From: Geosiphon pyriformis uo1
Lineage: Eukaryota; Fungi; Glomeromycota
DNA length: 64,000 nucleotides
Reading direction: 5' to 3'
NCBI GenBank assembly: GCA_016748015.1
Contig: JAAOMT010000597.1
Span: forward strand, 664,037-728,036
Of this stretch, positions 28,049 to 40,899 are shown piece by piece (position 1 is the stretch's first letter; every line of letters starts with the position of its first letter). The position numbers and the translations under genes are program-made. Below the pieces are notes generated by a model, which was not told the origin of the DNA, made no database searches, and saw nothing but the letters and a program-made list of their open reading frames with translations.

Positions 28049-28132
<84 letters not shown>
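28049..28132. repeat. (AAT)n microsatellite
   Basis: Direct reading. Confidence 0.95.
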
Positions 28133-28421
28133 TGTTTGGAATGTTTGTCCGGGTAAGTAAAAATTGTAGAAACAACCTTTTTTTTTTAATAAAAATTTTC
28201 AAAAGTGATTATACGTATTTTTAATTATATTAAGGTTCTTTGAAAATTATGCATTTCCAAAATTATTTTTCCATGCTTCAAAAACTAATCTTTAGTTTAA
28301 AAATGCATACATTTAGGAATCAATTTTTTTTTGATAACCCCCCCCCCCACACACACACACACCCCAAAAAAAAGTTTGAACTTATGTTATACAAACTAGG
28401 AATGCTTAATCTCTGGCTAAC

Positions 28422-28450
28422 CTCCTCCTCCTCCTCCTCCTCCTCCTCCT
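28422..28450. repeat. (CCT)n microsatellite
   Basis: Direct reading. Confidence 0.95.
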
Positions 28451-29869
28451 ACATAACAGCCAAAGAAGGAAATCAATAAATAACGAATTTCTGCAATCAC
28501 TATTAAAGATTAATACACAAAATAGGGGAGCTTTCCTACAAAGTGAAAATGAAATCTCATGACAGCATCGCCATCTCTTTATAAAGCCTTAAATTGAGGT
28601 TTTCAGCTGTTCAATTGAGTCAGCTGTTCATATATTGATTACCTAACTAGTATTGTTATTCGCACGTTTTTTTTTTTAAAAAAAATATGCTACCCCCAAA
28701 ATAATTTTTTTGGAAAATTTTCATTTTTTTGGTTTACTTTTTGAAGTATGACCAAAAGTTATGCCACGCTCTTTTTTTCACAATAAAAAATCATTGAAAA
28801 TATACATGAATATGACATCATACATATTTGGCATCTCAAAATTTTTCATGACAATTTCTTGATTTTTTTTCATTGTTTCAATTGCAAATAAACTGATTCA
28901 AAATCTAATAATATTACAAAGATCGTCGTACCTTTCACGTTTCAAAGCTGTTTACTTTGAAAAAAAAAAAAAAAAAAAAAAAACAAAAAAAAAAACTAGA
29001 TCAAAAGTGTTAAATAAATGTTTGTTGTTTCAAATATAAACTTCTGACCTAGAATTCAAAATTTGAAAAATAACCATTTTCACTTTAGAGAAGTTTCGGT
29101 CGACCATTCCTGTTGGATTTGGTATGGGAAATATCGGATCTTATTTAATTGATAGGCTGCTCCTCTGTATTGAGAATCCTGTTTTCATAATAAAGTCTCA
29201 CATCATTGCAAATATTTTCATGACCTAATTTTTAAAAAATTGGCTCGAAAAAAAAAAATTATATACATTTATTTTCAAACCTAGCCGCCTTTTTGGTCAA
29301 ATATTTTTTTTTTGTGAATCTCGGTATTTTTCTTTTTTCTTTTTCCCACGCCATATATCTAATTTAAGACTTACAATTAATTTGTGCTCGTGAGTAGAGA
29401 ATCATTAATTAATTTTAGAAAACCAATTTTCGAACGTCATAATTGGTGTTCGTGGGAACCAATCATTATCCGGAGAAAAATAATTAAAACTTCCCTGTTA
29501 TCTTTTTTCCCTTTGTTTAGTCAATAGGTAAGTCACGTTGCTAAGTTTGCTAGTATTTTGTAATCTCACTTTTTCACTTTGGCTTCGGACTCTGTGTCAC
29601 TCAGAAAGCTTGAACCCGTGGCGAGTAAATTGAACAATTGTGCGGCTGGTTTTTGATTCGTATCACACTTACCCTTTCAAAGGTCATACCCATTTGTTGT
29701 TGTTGTTGTTGTTATTGTTATTATTGTCTTAAAGAAACATTATCACTTTATGTATGGTTGCATTACTTTTTCATAGTTACAATGATTTCATTTTAATCTA
29801 ATATTCAAAGGTTTTTTTTCAACAGATTCTTCCAAAATGGTAACACCTAACAGCAACTGATTAATAATT

Positions 29870-29958
29870 GGATGATGGTGATGGTGGTGGTAGTGGTAGT
29901 GGTAGTGGTAGTGGTAGTGGTAGTGGTAGTGGTAGTGGTAGTGGTAGTGGTAGTGGTG
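29870..29958. repeat. (GTAGTG)n hexanucleotide microsatellite
   Basis: Direct reading; produces the spurious (HY)n ORF. Confidence 0.95.
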
Positions 29959-31428
29959 GGTTGCTTCTTTGGGGCTTTTCATCAAAAAAAAATTTTTGGA
30001 ATACTGAACAGATCAATTCTTAAACACGGTAAGTCAATTTAATTTATTATGATTTTCCTCAATTTACCCCTAAAACGGTTACTTTATGATTTAAACAAAT
30101 TTCAAAATACCCGTCGTATGTGATTTAACTTCTTTCCGAATTGTCCCTGTTTCATCTGTTGATTTATCGGAGTAATCCGGTGATTCTTTAAGTTATAATA
30201 AATATATTATTTGAAAAAGATTAATGAACGATACAGTAAAACTTTATTACATTTTTTCATGAAAGTATGAAGGTTTAAACTATAATTTCCAAATCAGGAA
30301 ACAGAATTTCTCTCGTAGTATGGCAATTAAAATCTTAGACCGAGCTATTGTCAATTATCAAAACTTTCAAGCCTTTATCACCTAACTAGGCAATTCTTTG
30401 GGAAACACAAAGGTCACGCACGCTACATTTGATTGAGGGATTTTCAGCGGGGATCAGGGAAGAACGGACGGATTAATGTTTTCTTTTTTAATTAAGAGAA
30501 AAATTAATGAATAAATTTCCTTTTAATAATCCCTATTTAAACCAATAAGATTTCAGAGAATAGATTTTCCGAAGTCCAAGAAAAGATTAATATTTGAGCC
30601 AAAAGAAATTTTAAAGTTTAGAAAATCATTTGTGATGTTGTTTTAATTGTTTTATGGACAAGATTAACGTCATTGATTAGGTGGATGAAATGTAAACAGT
30701 TTATTTGTTAGACCCTCATTATAGAGAAAAGCAGGCCTATCCTCTTTCTAGGCTAGCAACGATTAAGAATTCTGTTCAATCCCATAAAGGGGGGGGGGGA
30801 GGGAGTTGTGTCTAATATTGAAATTGGTCTTGGTAAAAGGTTATGAAGCTTGAAAGGTTTTTTCTTTTTGTTAAACCAATTAATCGATAGAATTTTTGAG
30901 AGATTGCATAATTTTTATATTTGAAAAAGCTCGAGAAATTAATTATGCATTACTCCTATTATTTTTTTAAATATGATGAAAGACATTCTTTTAATTCGAA
31001 CTATTTTTAGCTTAGTCTAAACCTTTTTCACGGTGAAAAGAATCCGGAATCGAAAAATGTAATTATTCATATGTCATTTACGAAATTAATGATTTAAACT
31101 TTTGAAAAACTATTTGATTTGATTATCAAAAATTAATTGCCAAAAAGATGATAATCAAAATTAAGAGATAAGAACACGTTTGAAAAAAGATATGACAAAA
31201 AAAAAAAGCAAGATGACGTTATGAACATGGAGATTTTTTTTTTTTTGATTAAAAAAATTATTAAATAATTAAAATATTAGCTTTTGTTAATTATGATATA
31301 TTCAAATAACCTGATTTGTTGGTTTCCCTGTTTCTTATGGCAAAAAAAGAATTAAAACATACATTTATTAAACCTGAGAACAGACGAATCTGTCTTAGTC
31401 TCTTTTTCAAACAAAAGCTCATTAATTT

Positions 31429-31448
31429 AATACTACTACTAATACTAA

Positions 31449-31480
<32 letters not shown>

Positions 31481-31512
31481 ATACTAATACTACTAATACT
31501 ACTACTTACTAA

Positions 31513-31549
<37 letters not shown>

Positions 31550-31555
31550 TTACTG
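31429..31555. repeat. (ACT)n/(ACTAAT)n compound microsatellite
   Basis: Direct reading. Confidence 0.95.
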
Positions 31556-31931
31556 TTATAGTGATTTGATTGCTAAAAAGTTTATCATCTTTGACACGTT
31601 TTAAAATTACTTTTTCCCCACACAAAAAAATCTTTTTTCTCTAAAATTGTCATAAATAACAATAACAAACCACCTCATCCTGCATTTTTCATGTTACAAT
31701 TAGTAATAGGGTCGTTTTTTCTTTAATAATCTTTTTTTTTTTTGATTTTTTTTGATTTTAGATGTTCAGATATTATTGATCAAATAAAAAATATATATAC
31801 CGATACTTTAAAAAAGTTAATAGTATAATTGATAAAAATAAAAAGGCACACTGGTTGGTTCCTTTTTTAACAATCTGTCACTGAGTACAAAAAAATACGT
31901 TAACACACACACAGGTAAAAAACTAGAAACA

Positions 31932-31932
<1 letters not shown>

Positions 31933-32003
<71 letters not shown>
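31933..32003. repeat. (ATT)n microsatellite
   Basis: Direct reading. Confidence 0.95.
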
Positions 32004-32004
<1 letters not shown>

Positions 32005-32384
32005 GGTTTGTCTCAATTCCGTTAGCTTTCTATTGGTTATGCTCAAGAACAATATCTTTCATATGGATTTTTCCCTTTTTTAAATTAGAAACTAGCAAAA
32101 AAAAATTTTCTTGGGTTTCACCATTTTTTTTTTTTTTTGGGTGATTACTTGCGTACCCCAAATAAGATACATACATTACATTATTATTTTTTTTTCAATA
32201 TACGTTTCTTTTTCAGGCTATGTCCATGATCCCTTTTTTCCTCTGTTAGAAGTAACAACCCCCCACATACTTTATCATCATCAATTAATATAATAAAAAT
32301 TTTAACAATAAAAAAAGTTTAGACTTTTTATTTTTTTATATTATTTTATATTATCTACTATTATTAATAATCATAAAAAGTGAA

Positions 32385-32415
<31 letters not shown>

Positions 32416-32466
32416 AAAAAGAAAAAAGAAAGACAGTTCCTAATGTGTGACTGCAATCATTTTATG

Positions 32467-32479
32467 TATATATATATAC
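32467..32479 (+). promoter_or_regulatory. Candidate TATA element for the 151-aa gene
   Basis: TATATATATATA ~370 nt upstream of ATG 32843, followed by a G-poor, C/T/A-rich stretch typical of fungal 5' UTRs. Could be just a (TA)n repeat. Confidence 0.35.
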
Positions 32480-32842
32480 AGTGAAGCCAAATGGAACATA
32501 CTCTCAAAAGTTTTCGTACCTCTTACAAAATTCAGAGAAAACTATCAAATCTCATTCTCGAAACTTTTTTGTTTGCCAACAAGCAGAAAATCCAATCATT
32601 ATTTTCATTTTCCTTAAAAAATCAATTAACTCATCCCGTCATCATAATCATCTTCATTATCATCTTCCTCTTCCCTCCTCTTTACGTTTCCTCTTCATCG
32701 TCGAAAACACTCAAAAAAACCAAAAAAACCTTCACGGTTTTCTTTCAACGACTAGAAATTATATTTTCATTCTCTACCACTTTTACTTCTTTGAAACGAC
32801 AATAATATTAACGTTATAAAAACCAAAATATTTTTTAAAGAA

Positions 32843-33298
32843 ATGGAAGCCAAACCCAGTCATCAGAAATCCAAGAAATTCCTCAACAAAATCTTCCATT
32901 CAAGTACAACAAAGAAGTCAAATGCGACAGTCTCCCCATCCTCTTCACCACCAGATAATGAATGGAAACCTACATTTATGAACATGGAAGATGATCATAA
33001 AAGGTCAACTCCTTCTTCACCTTCAACTTTAATTTTACCCGTTCCATTTTCAAGCCGGTCAACTAAAAGTTCAAATTCCGATACTGATGAGCAACCAAAT
33101 TCACCAACTGTTGGACGAATGAATTCAGTTCAACGTCGTTACTCCTTCTCTAATGTACATGATAATGGTCGACAACGATTAATTGCTGCAAAGAAAGCTG
33201 AATATCAGTCAAAAATGCAGGCATTTGACGAATTGATTCGTCGACGTCGTGGCAGTACGCTTAGGTTGGTATTGGCTCCTGATGTTGCTAGTCATTAA
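32843..33298 (+). CDS. Intronless 151-aa hypothetical protein: S/P/T-rich disordered N-terminal part plus a short helical C-terminal motif
   Basis: Good start context (AGAAATGG), raised GC, non-repetitive protein-like composition, double stop TAATAA, G-poor UTR-like flanks. Contains RRYS and RRGS (PKA-type) sites and several SP/TP sites. Confidence 0.85.
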   Translation: MEAKPSHQKSKKFLNKIFHSSTTKKSNATVSPSSSPPDNEWKPTFMNMEDDHKRSTPSSPSTLILPVPFSSRSTKSSNSDTDEQPNSPTVGRMNSVQRRYSFSNVHDNGRQRLIAAKKAEYQSKMQAFDELIRRRRGSTLRLVLAPDVASH

Positions 33299-33301
33299 TA
33301 A

Positions 33302-33303
33302 TC

Positions 33304-33338
<35 letters not shown>

Positions 33339-33400
33339 AAGCAACAGCAACAACAAAAACAAAAGCAACAGCACCAACAACAAAAAATCCCAATCATCAT

Positions 33401-33445
<45 letters not shown>

Positions 33446-33476
33446 ATTAATAATAATAACAATAATAATAATAATC
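33302..33476. repeat. Compound (CAA/CAG)-(CAT)-(AAT) microsatellite at the start of the 3' UTR
   Basis: Direct reading; explains ORFs 33249-33488 and 33302-33514. Confidence 0.95.
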
Positions 33477-34152
33477 ACAAACTTGTAAAAAGAATCAAAA
33501 CTATCCATATTCATCTTTTATAACCATATTTTTTTAACCTAATTATTCCACTAATATCTCTCCAACTTTTCAAATCACTTTTTACCATAATTGTCATAAT
33601 TTTCTTTTTGGTCACAGTTGCGCGTTTATATGCAATATCGTCTGGTTTACTATATAGCATTTAACCACCCTTCATACGGCCATTTGAGCTCTACCTCTAT
33701 GCTATTAAACATAGGAATTTTATTATTATAAGTCGAAAACATCAATAACAATCAAATTTACATCTCAACACTTTTTATGCAGAATTTATGCCTTTTTTTA
33801 ACGCTTCTTCAAAGCTCAAACTTAGTTCCCATCACCTACTATTTTTACCATCTCACCTATGCAATAATTTGATTCTGTAAAAATTCTCAAAAAATCATTC
33901 AAACTCACATCTCTCCAAACTTTATTCACATTTAAAACCCATCAAAATTGCATACATAATCATCAAATTTTCATTTTTTAATATAGAATTCATTACTTTG
34001 ATAGATTATTTAGATCTTCATTTACATTTAGTATATTCACATTTTTTATGGTTCTTTTCCATAAAAAAACAAACAAAAATAAGCAAATTTATTTTTACTA
34101 TTACAATATGAGATGAAACCAATTTTATTTACTACGGTTGGGTCAATTTCTA

Positions 34153-34196
34153 TTTCCTTTCCTTTCCTTTCCTTTCCTTTCCTTTCCTTCCCTTCC
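34153..34196. repeat. (TTTCC)n pentanucleotide repeat
   Basis: Direct reading. Confidence 0.95.
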
Positions 34197-34593
34197 AACT
34201 TTTATCAAATGATTCTCTCTTTAATATACACTCTTATAGATTTCTTTATTTTTTCTGTTTCTCCGTAATGTTTAAAAACCTTTTTGTTACACTACTACCA
34301 CTATATATACATATATTTTTAGTATTACTTATTTCGTTTATTTTAATTTTTCTTTCAAACTTTTCCGTCGTCATATGGATATATTTTTTAGTTTATTAGT
34401 CGTCGTCTTTCTTGCAAAATGTTGACAAAACTTGTATTATATAAAAATATAAAAACCTGGCAAAAGAAAATATTTTTGATTCGCTCTCAAAAATAATAAA
34501 AAATCAGCGTGTTTTGTACAAATAAATTATTTTTTAAAAATGATTTGATTAATTGATTAATTGATTGCTTGATTGTTTGATTGGGTATTGTAG

Positions 34594-34686
34594 TTGAGTC
34601 CTTATATCCAAAAAGAATGACAACAATTTGATTTTGAGTCCTTTAAGTCCTTTAATCCAAAAAGGAATGACAAAATTTGATGTTGA
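34594..34686. repeat. Imperfect tandem duplication (~40-50 bp unit)
   Basis: AGTCCTTATATCCAAAAAGAATGACAACAATTTGA vs AGTCCTTTAATCCAAAAAGGAATGACAAAATTTGA. Confidence 0.85.
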
Positions 34687-37135
34687 AAAGGGTCGGGAGA
34701 GACAAAGCGTGATTAAAAGTCACGAGGCCCGCTTGCGGTGTCGGCAAGTGCGGTCTAAAATCCCGCCTAATGGTCACAACTTTTTGTACCAGCCGTCTGG
34801 AATTTTGATAAGCCTCTTAGACCATAATAATGTAAGAAAAGTGGGGGATCGATATCCAAAAAAGCGTCATTTGTGACGATGGGGAATATCATCAACATCA
34901 TTATCATATTTAAGGTTTTCATAGATTTTTTTTTTCATTTTGATTGATACTGGGTCATCAGATTAAAAAAAAATTTGCCATAGCCTATCTTGCATAAAGA
35001 GACATGAATCAAAAAATTGAGATCCGCAGTGATTCAAGGAGTTTTTTATTTTAAAAAAAAAATGCACCCCCGAAGAAATAACCCAGAAAAAATGCGGTAC
35101 CATGTTATCTTTGAATAGATTGGTTTTTCAAGTTTTTCTTTTATTATTATTATTATTATTTCAGATAAACCTTTTAAACCACATTTGGCAATGTTCAATT
35201 CTGATTATTGCTCTAAAGAATAAATTAGTGAGATATGACAAGAGTTGTCTTCATTTTTCATGCATCAAATATCTGAAATCAAGTATCCGATTTTTATATA
35301 TGATTTAAATTTTTCCGTTTAATTACTATTAAAGTACAACTCTTTAAGGAAGATATAATGAGAGTTAATTATAATGATTTACCCCCAAGGACCAAATATG
35401 GAGGCTGTTTATGCATATATATATATATTGATTAATTTTTGATTCTAATTTTCAAAAATTTTCATGCCTTTTTAAGAATAGATTTCACAGGCATTGAAAA
35501 AAAAATTATTATTATTATAATTTTTTAAACCATCCAAGTCTTTGTGAACCATTAAAATCGTAAACTTTTTGAGTTTCACATAGTGACAAGAATCTATTGT
35601 GCATATTACATATGAAAATTATGATAGCAGTTGGGTTGGGAAAATAATTATGATGTAATTGATGCAAATCTTTTTTTTGATTTTCTCCTTTGAAAAGGGT
35701 TTGGGATTGGCTTTCATCAGCAATGCAGCAGTGTGAGAAAAATTGTATAATAATATTTTTTTTTAGACCATATGAATTTTGAGTCCTTTTTTACAAATTT
35801 AAAAGGGTGAAAATTACCTTTACCTTACCTCACTAATATAAATTCTTTTTAATCTTTAAAATTCGGGGGTTTAATAACTCATATATACTAGGCAATTAAA
35901 ATGCCAAAGCAATGAAAAAAAAAAACTTTATAATTGATAGGGTCACTCTTTAAAATCGAGTTTAAAATTATTTTTTAACTGAATCTTATTATCATTAATA
36001 ATCATGAAAACTATTTTCACTGGGACCAGTACCAAGGTGTTGGATTGCATACATTATTAACATGATTTAACGTAAGCAAGTCTCACAAGTTTTAAGTTAT
36101 CACCCAATAGTACAAAGGAAAATCTGATTTTCAAAAAAAAGAACATTATATGTTCATGTCGTCCTCATACCCCCTGTATATTTAAGATCAAATGCATAAT
36201 CGGCTGTAATTTACCCGAAAATTAATTTTCTAATTATATGGAATATTATTATATACATCTGAAAGAAAAAATATTGGACTACCAGTTGAAAAGGTTTAAC
36301 AAATTGTGTAAATGAAATATCTAAATTAGAAATTTTAGATTATTCATTTCTCTTCATCATTTAAATGACAAAAATGATCATATTTTGGGTATAAAATATA
36401 GCTTTAATTTCGTTCAAAAGAATATGCTAATTTTATTTTTGTGTAAAAAATCGTTTAGACGGTATAATATTTACCCGTTCATATATCTTTTTAGTTCTAA
36501 ATTTAAATGAAAATTATTTACAAATTTTAAGGAACAAACACAAAAAGATTTTATTACTAAAGCTTCATATTATTAACCAAAGTTTATATTTATCGCGTAA
36601 AATTTTTTTTTTTAATATTTCTTTTTTTGGTTAAATTACTGAAAAAACCATTTATAATTTTCATATCATAAGTAATAGAGAGATAAAGGCCCATTGAAGT
36701 GAATAAAGGTAAAAGATGAAAGAATCTTACCCTGTTTAAATTTCATTATTGAACACAGAAATTTTCTTTTCATGCATCTAATCACCGGTTTTGATTCGTT
36801 TTTGGTGTTCAAAATATGCATTAATAACATAAATTACTCGAGTGTAATGTAATCTAATTTTTTTGTATACGCTAACCTATTTTGATAACTAAAATAGTGT
36901 AAAGAAAATTAATCTATATTTAAAAGAGTTTTTTTTTTTTTTTTTAGAAAAACTTAATTAGATTGTATTGATAAGTAACATAATTCTCATTGTTATTAGT
37001 AACAGGTTAAGATTAAGACAATTTTGTTTTTATACTTTTATAGCTTTAAAAGATATATATTTTTTTTTTTGAAACAGGGTTCAAAAATAACCAGTTTTTT
37101 TCAAGTAGTTTCTTAATATTAAATATGCAAAGATA

Positions 37136-37176
37136 ATCATTATCATTATTATCATTATTATTATTATTATTATTAC

Positions 37177-37249
<73 letters not shown>

Positions 37250-37278
37250 CTTCATTCGTTCATTCATTCATTCATTCA
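37136..37278. repeat. (ATT)n microsatellite followed by (TTCA)n
   Basis: Direct reading. Confidence 0.95.
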
Positions 37279-37586
37279 AAAATCTTGATGATTAATAGAA
37301 TTCTAAAAAGGAAAATCCAGAAGGAAGGTTTTATAAATTTCCCAGGTATCCATTTACGCTCTAACATTTTTATCGTTACCGTTTATTAAAATACGTGTAC
37401 CCTTTTTTTACACCATAATTGCAAAAAAATATATAGTATTCCTAAAATAAACAAATTTTGTTTCATTCTGAATGAAAATCTATATTTGTCATCTTTTGCA
37501 TAGAAAAATAAAATCTTTTAATTTTTCACATAATTAGAGTAATGTTTTAATCTTATTACAAAAAGGCGAAAGATTGAAAACCAGAG

Positions 37587-37628
37587 ATTATTATCATTAT
37601 TATCATCATTATTATTATTATTATTATT

Positions 37629-37681
<53 letters not shown>
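37587..37681. repeat. (ATT)n-(GTT)n compound microsatellite
   Basis: Direct reading. Confidence 0.95.
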
Positions 37682-38228
37682 CACTATTAAAATCATATTA
37701 CTAATAATAGAAATCATCAAAACCATTGAATTTATAATGAGTTCAAAATTACACACGGGTTACCTCTACAAGTATTAGGCTTTGAATAATTTTCATTTCT
37801 CTATTACTTATTTTAGTAAAACGTACGTACCAAAAATTCTAGTGTAACATTTTTCGGGAATGAAAATATCCTATTAATGGTAGGTTTTGTACGACAAAAA
37901 TAATTTCGTGATTTTGTTTTTTGCAATTAAAAATTTACGAAACTAGAAACTACGTTTTTGAATCAAAAATTTCAATAATTATTTCCAATAATAACTTTTA
38001 ATTTTTTTTTATAGATTTAAAGTTTATCCCTGTTTGGAAATCAACCAAAAAAAAATAAAAACAGTTTAAATAATTAAATATTTTAAAATTTATTTGATTT
38101 ACTTGAAAATATGGTTTAGTTACTGTATGTCGGACATTTATGCCTCTTTTCATTCATAGAGCTCATAGACTCTGGTATGTCATGTTTATATATAATTGAT
38201 TTAGCCAAGAGTTTTGTTATAAATCTTA

Positions 38229-38229
<1 letters not shown>

Positions 38230-38306
<77 letters not shown>

Positions 38307-38358
38307 CGTTGTTGTTGTTGTTGTTGTTGTTATTGTTGTTGTTGTTGTTGTTGTTGTT
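38230..38358. repeat. (ATT)n-(GTT)n compound microsatellite
   Basis: Direct reading. Confidence 0.95.
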
Positions 38359-39306
38359 TAACCAAGGGGCTTTCATTAAGAAACCTCTCGGATATTTTTT
38401 TAATAAAATCTTTTCAATGAATTTATAAATAACTTACAAGAATTAGAACTTTAATATTAATATGAAAATAGTTTTAATTGGATTATCATTTTCATTAGAT
38501 AGACTTTTGACATTGAATCACAATTTTTTTGTAACTCGGCTTTAATATAAAAAAAAATATCTTCATTGAAACAATAGTCTTTTAAAGGACCATTTCGATT
38601 TAAGGGTAAAGATTAAATTTGAGGATATATTTTAAATTTAATAATAAGCCTCATTTTTATTTCTTGACACCTAAAAATTTTTAATTGAAAAGCCCAAGAA
38701 TCCAAATGACCTAATGCATGTAAAAAATATCAAAAGTTTAATTGTATCGAGATTTTTTTTTGTTTGTACAAGATACTCTTTTCTTTCTCACATTGATCTC
38801 TATTAAATTTTCATTTGTGAAATTCTATATATATATATATATATCATACAATGATATCACAACATGGAAATAGGTTTTATTCTTTAAATTTTCCTTTAAA
38901 TTAAAACCCAACGTTTTTTGTAGTACATTGATTTTAATGGGAATGTTTACTCCTTTCCATTTTTAGATCAAATAATTGATAAATTAAATAATCATTTTTT
39001 TAATCATTTATCAAATATACATTTATAAATTCTAACAGAAATTTTTAATGATTAAAATCGTTTTATTGTATTACTTGGGTATGCAAAATTAAATTTCATT
39101 CATTTTTTTTTCCTTTAGCAAACATCCAATACCTTGATTGCTTACAAATTCTTAGCTAAAAAAGAAAAACTATCCAGGGTAAACAAGTTATTACTAATTT
39201 TTTTTCATTGATAAAATTAATACGGAAATCCCCACAGGTTTTTCAAATTATACATCTTAATTACTCAGCTGCAAGATTCTGGTATCAATCACATTTTTTT
39301 AATTGA

Positions 39307-39353
39307 CAGCAGCAGCAGTAGCAGTAGCAGTAGCAGTAACAGTAGCAGCAGCA
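39307..39353. repeat. (AGC/AGT)n microsatellite
   Basis: Direct reading. Confidence 0.9.
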
Positions 39354-40899
39354 ATTGTGAATATTAATTATCATGATGATATTTGTGAAATATATATTGC
39401 CTGAAAAGTCGAGTTTTTAATCAATTGATCAGAAAATTAAGAGATTTGGGTTTTCGTGTCGCTTTTTCTTTCGTTAATTGATTATAAAATGAAGATTTTT
39501 GTTTTTGTGTCGCTTTCCTTTTGATCGACCACCTGAAATTAAGGTCAGACAGCGACAAATACATTGGTCGATAAATCCCTAAAAAAGAAAATATTATCCC
39601 TTGATACAAGGAGCCCATTTTTTTTTTTTTGGGTTTTTCATCAAATTAATTACTAAATGATTAAGATTGATTGTCAGTTAATTTCTCCTATTAAATTACA
39701 GCGGAAAAATTATTAGGTAAGCGCATGAGTTTGAAAGTTTTTTCAAATTATTTAATTACATAATGATACCTGTGATATTAGGAAAATCCAAACTCCATCT
39801 AAACATGATTTCTTCTGTGCCCTTTAATTTTGTTGGAACTCATTGATTTAAAAGGCGATATGTTAACTCGGGTATATTGTATACTAATTTTTCTCATGAA
39901 AACTTGGGAGGGAAACTCAAAAACTTGATGCCGTAAGAATTTGTACTTCTTTCATGTTTTAGCAAATTTAATTTTTTTTACAAAAAATAGATTAGAAAAT
40001 AGGTTGTACACTTGATGTTAAAAAAAATTTTCTTTTAAAACTTGTGATTATAACACACCTCAGAAAAATTTTATCAATCTTGACCTCTTTTCCATGCCTT
40101 CGTCGATGGACAACCCTCATTGATACAAATGAAAACATCACAAACTTTATTTATTTTACTTTTCCACGTGTGGATTCAGTAATCAAAAGTATGTAAGCAT
40201 GCTGGACCTGTGAATAGGAGAACATTTTTATCAAAAAAAAATCCTAAACACATCTGATATGAAAACCAAAAAGAAAGTTAAAGGGTCTTAGTTTAACATG
40301 CTTGTTTTTTTTATTACAAAGCAAATTATTAAATCCGTAATCTTTCAAAGTTATGCTTCAATTTTGATCAATCAAACAAAGTACCACGTTCCTGTCAAGA
40401 ATTTTTCGATAACAATCATCATTCAAAAAAAAAAAAAATTTACATCCCCAACTGTGGGACTATTAGATAATATGTGATATAAGCAAAACATGCACCCCAC
40501 GTTCTTCTTTGAGTCATTTTTAGAAAAGATCTGTTTTGTCATTATTAAATACATACTATTCGAAAATGTCTCTAATGATTTATGAGGAACCAATCATAAT
40601 AATTAATTTTCTGCAACTAACTCAAAGTCCGAAAATATGTCACAAAGATTCATTTGAAAAAATGTTTACCGACTAATTTTAAAAGGAATATCCTTGTCAA
40701 TTAGACCAATGAAATTTTTGTATTTTAACTTAATAAATTTGATAATGAATATGAATTTAGGAAAAAAAATATTGAAGTAACGTTAGATTAGATGATTTGT
40801 CAAAACTTTATATCCTTACTTTGTAAAGATCCACTCATTAGATCAGTTTTTTTTATACGAGTAAAATGTTTACACTGACATTCGAGGTACTATTTACAA

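Noticed and set aside
29788-29985. (HY)n His-rich ORF suggestive of a metal-binding peptide
   Set aside because: Reading of a (GTAGTG)n microsatellite, with no protein-like flanks or splice support.
33249-33514. PolyQ/polyI and polyM/polyC ORFs; possible stop readthrough
   Set aside because: Microsatellite artefacts; the real CDS ends in a double TAATAA stop, which argues against readthrough.
36160-36180. CCCCCTGTA resembling a Tc1 terminus
   Set aside because: No partner TIR or transposase remnant found nearby.
37046-38428. Poly-N, poly-T and poly-L ORFs
   Set aside because: (ATT)n/(GTT)n microsatellites.
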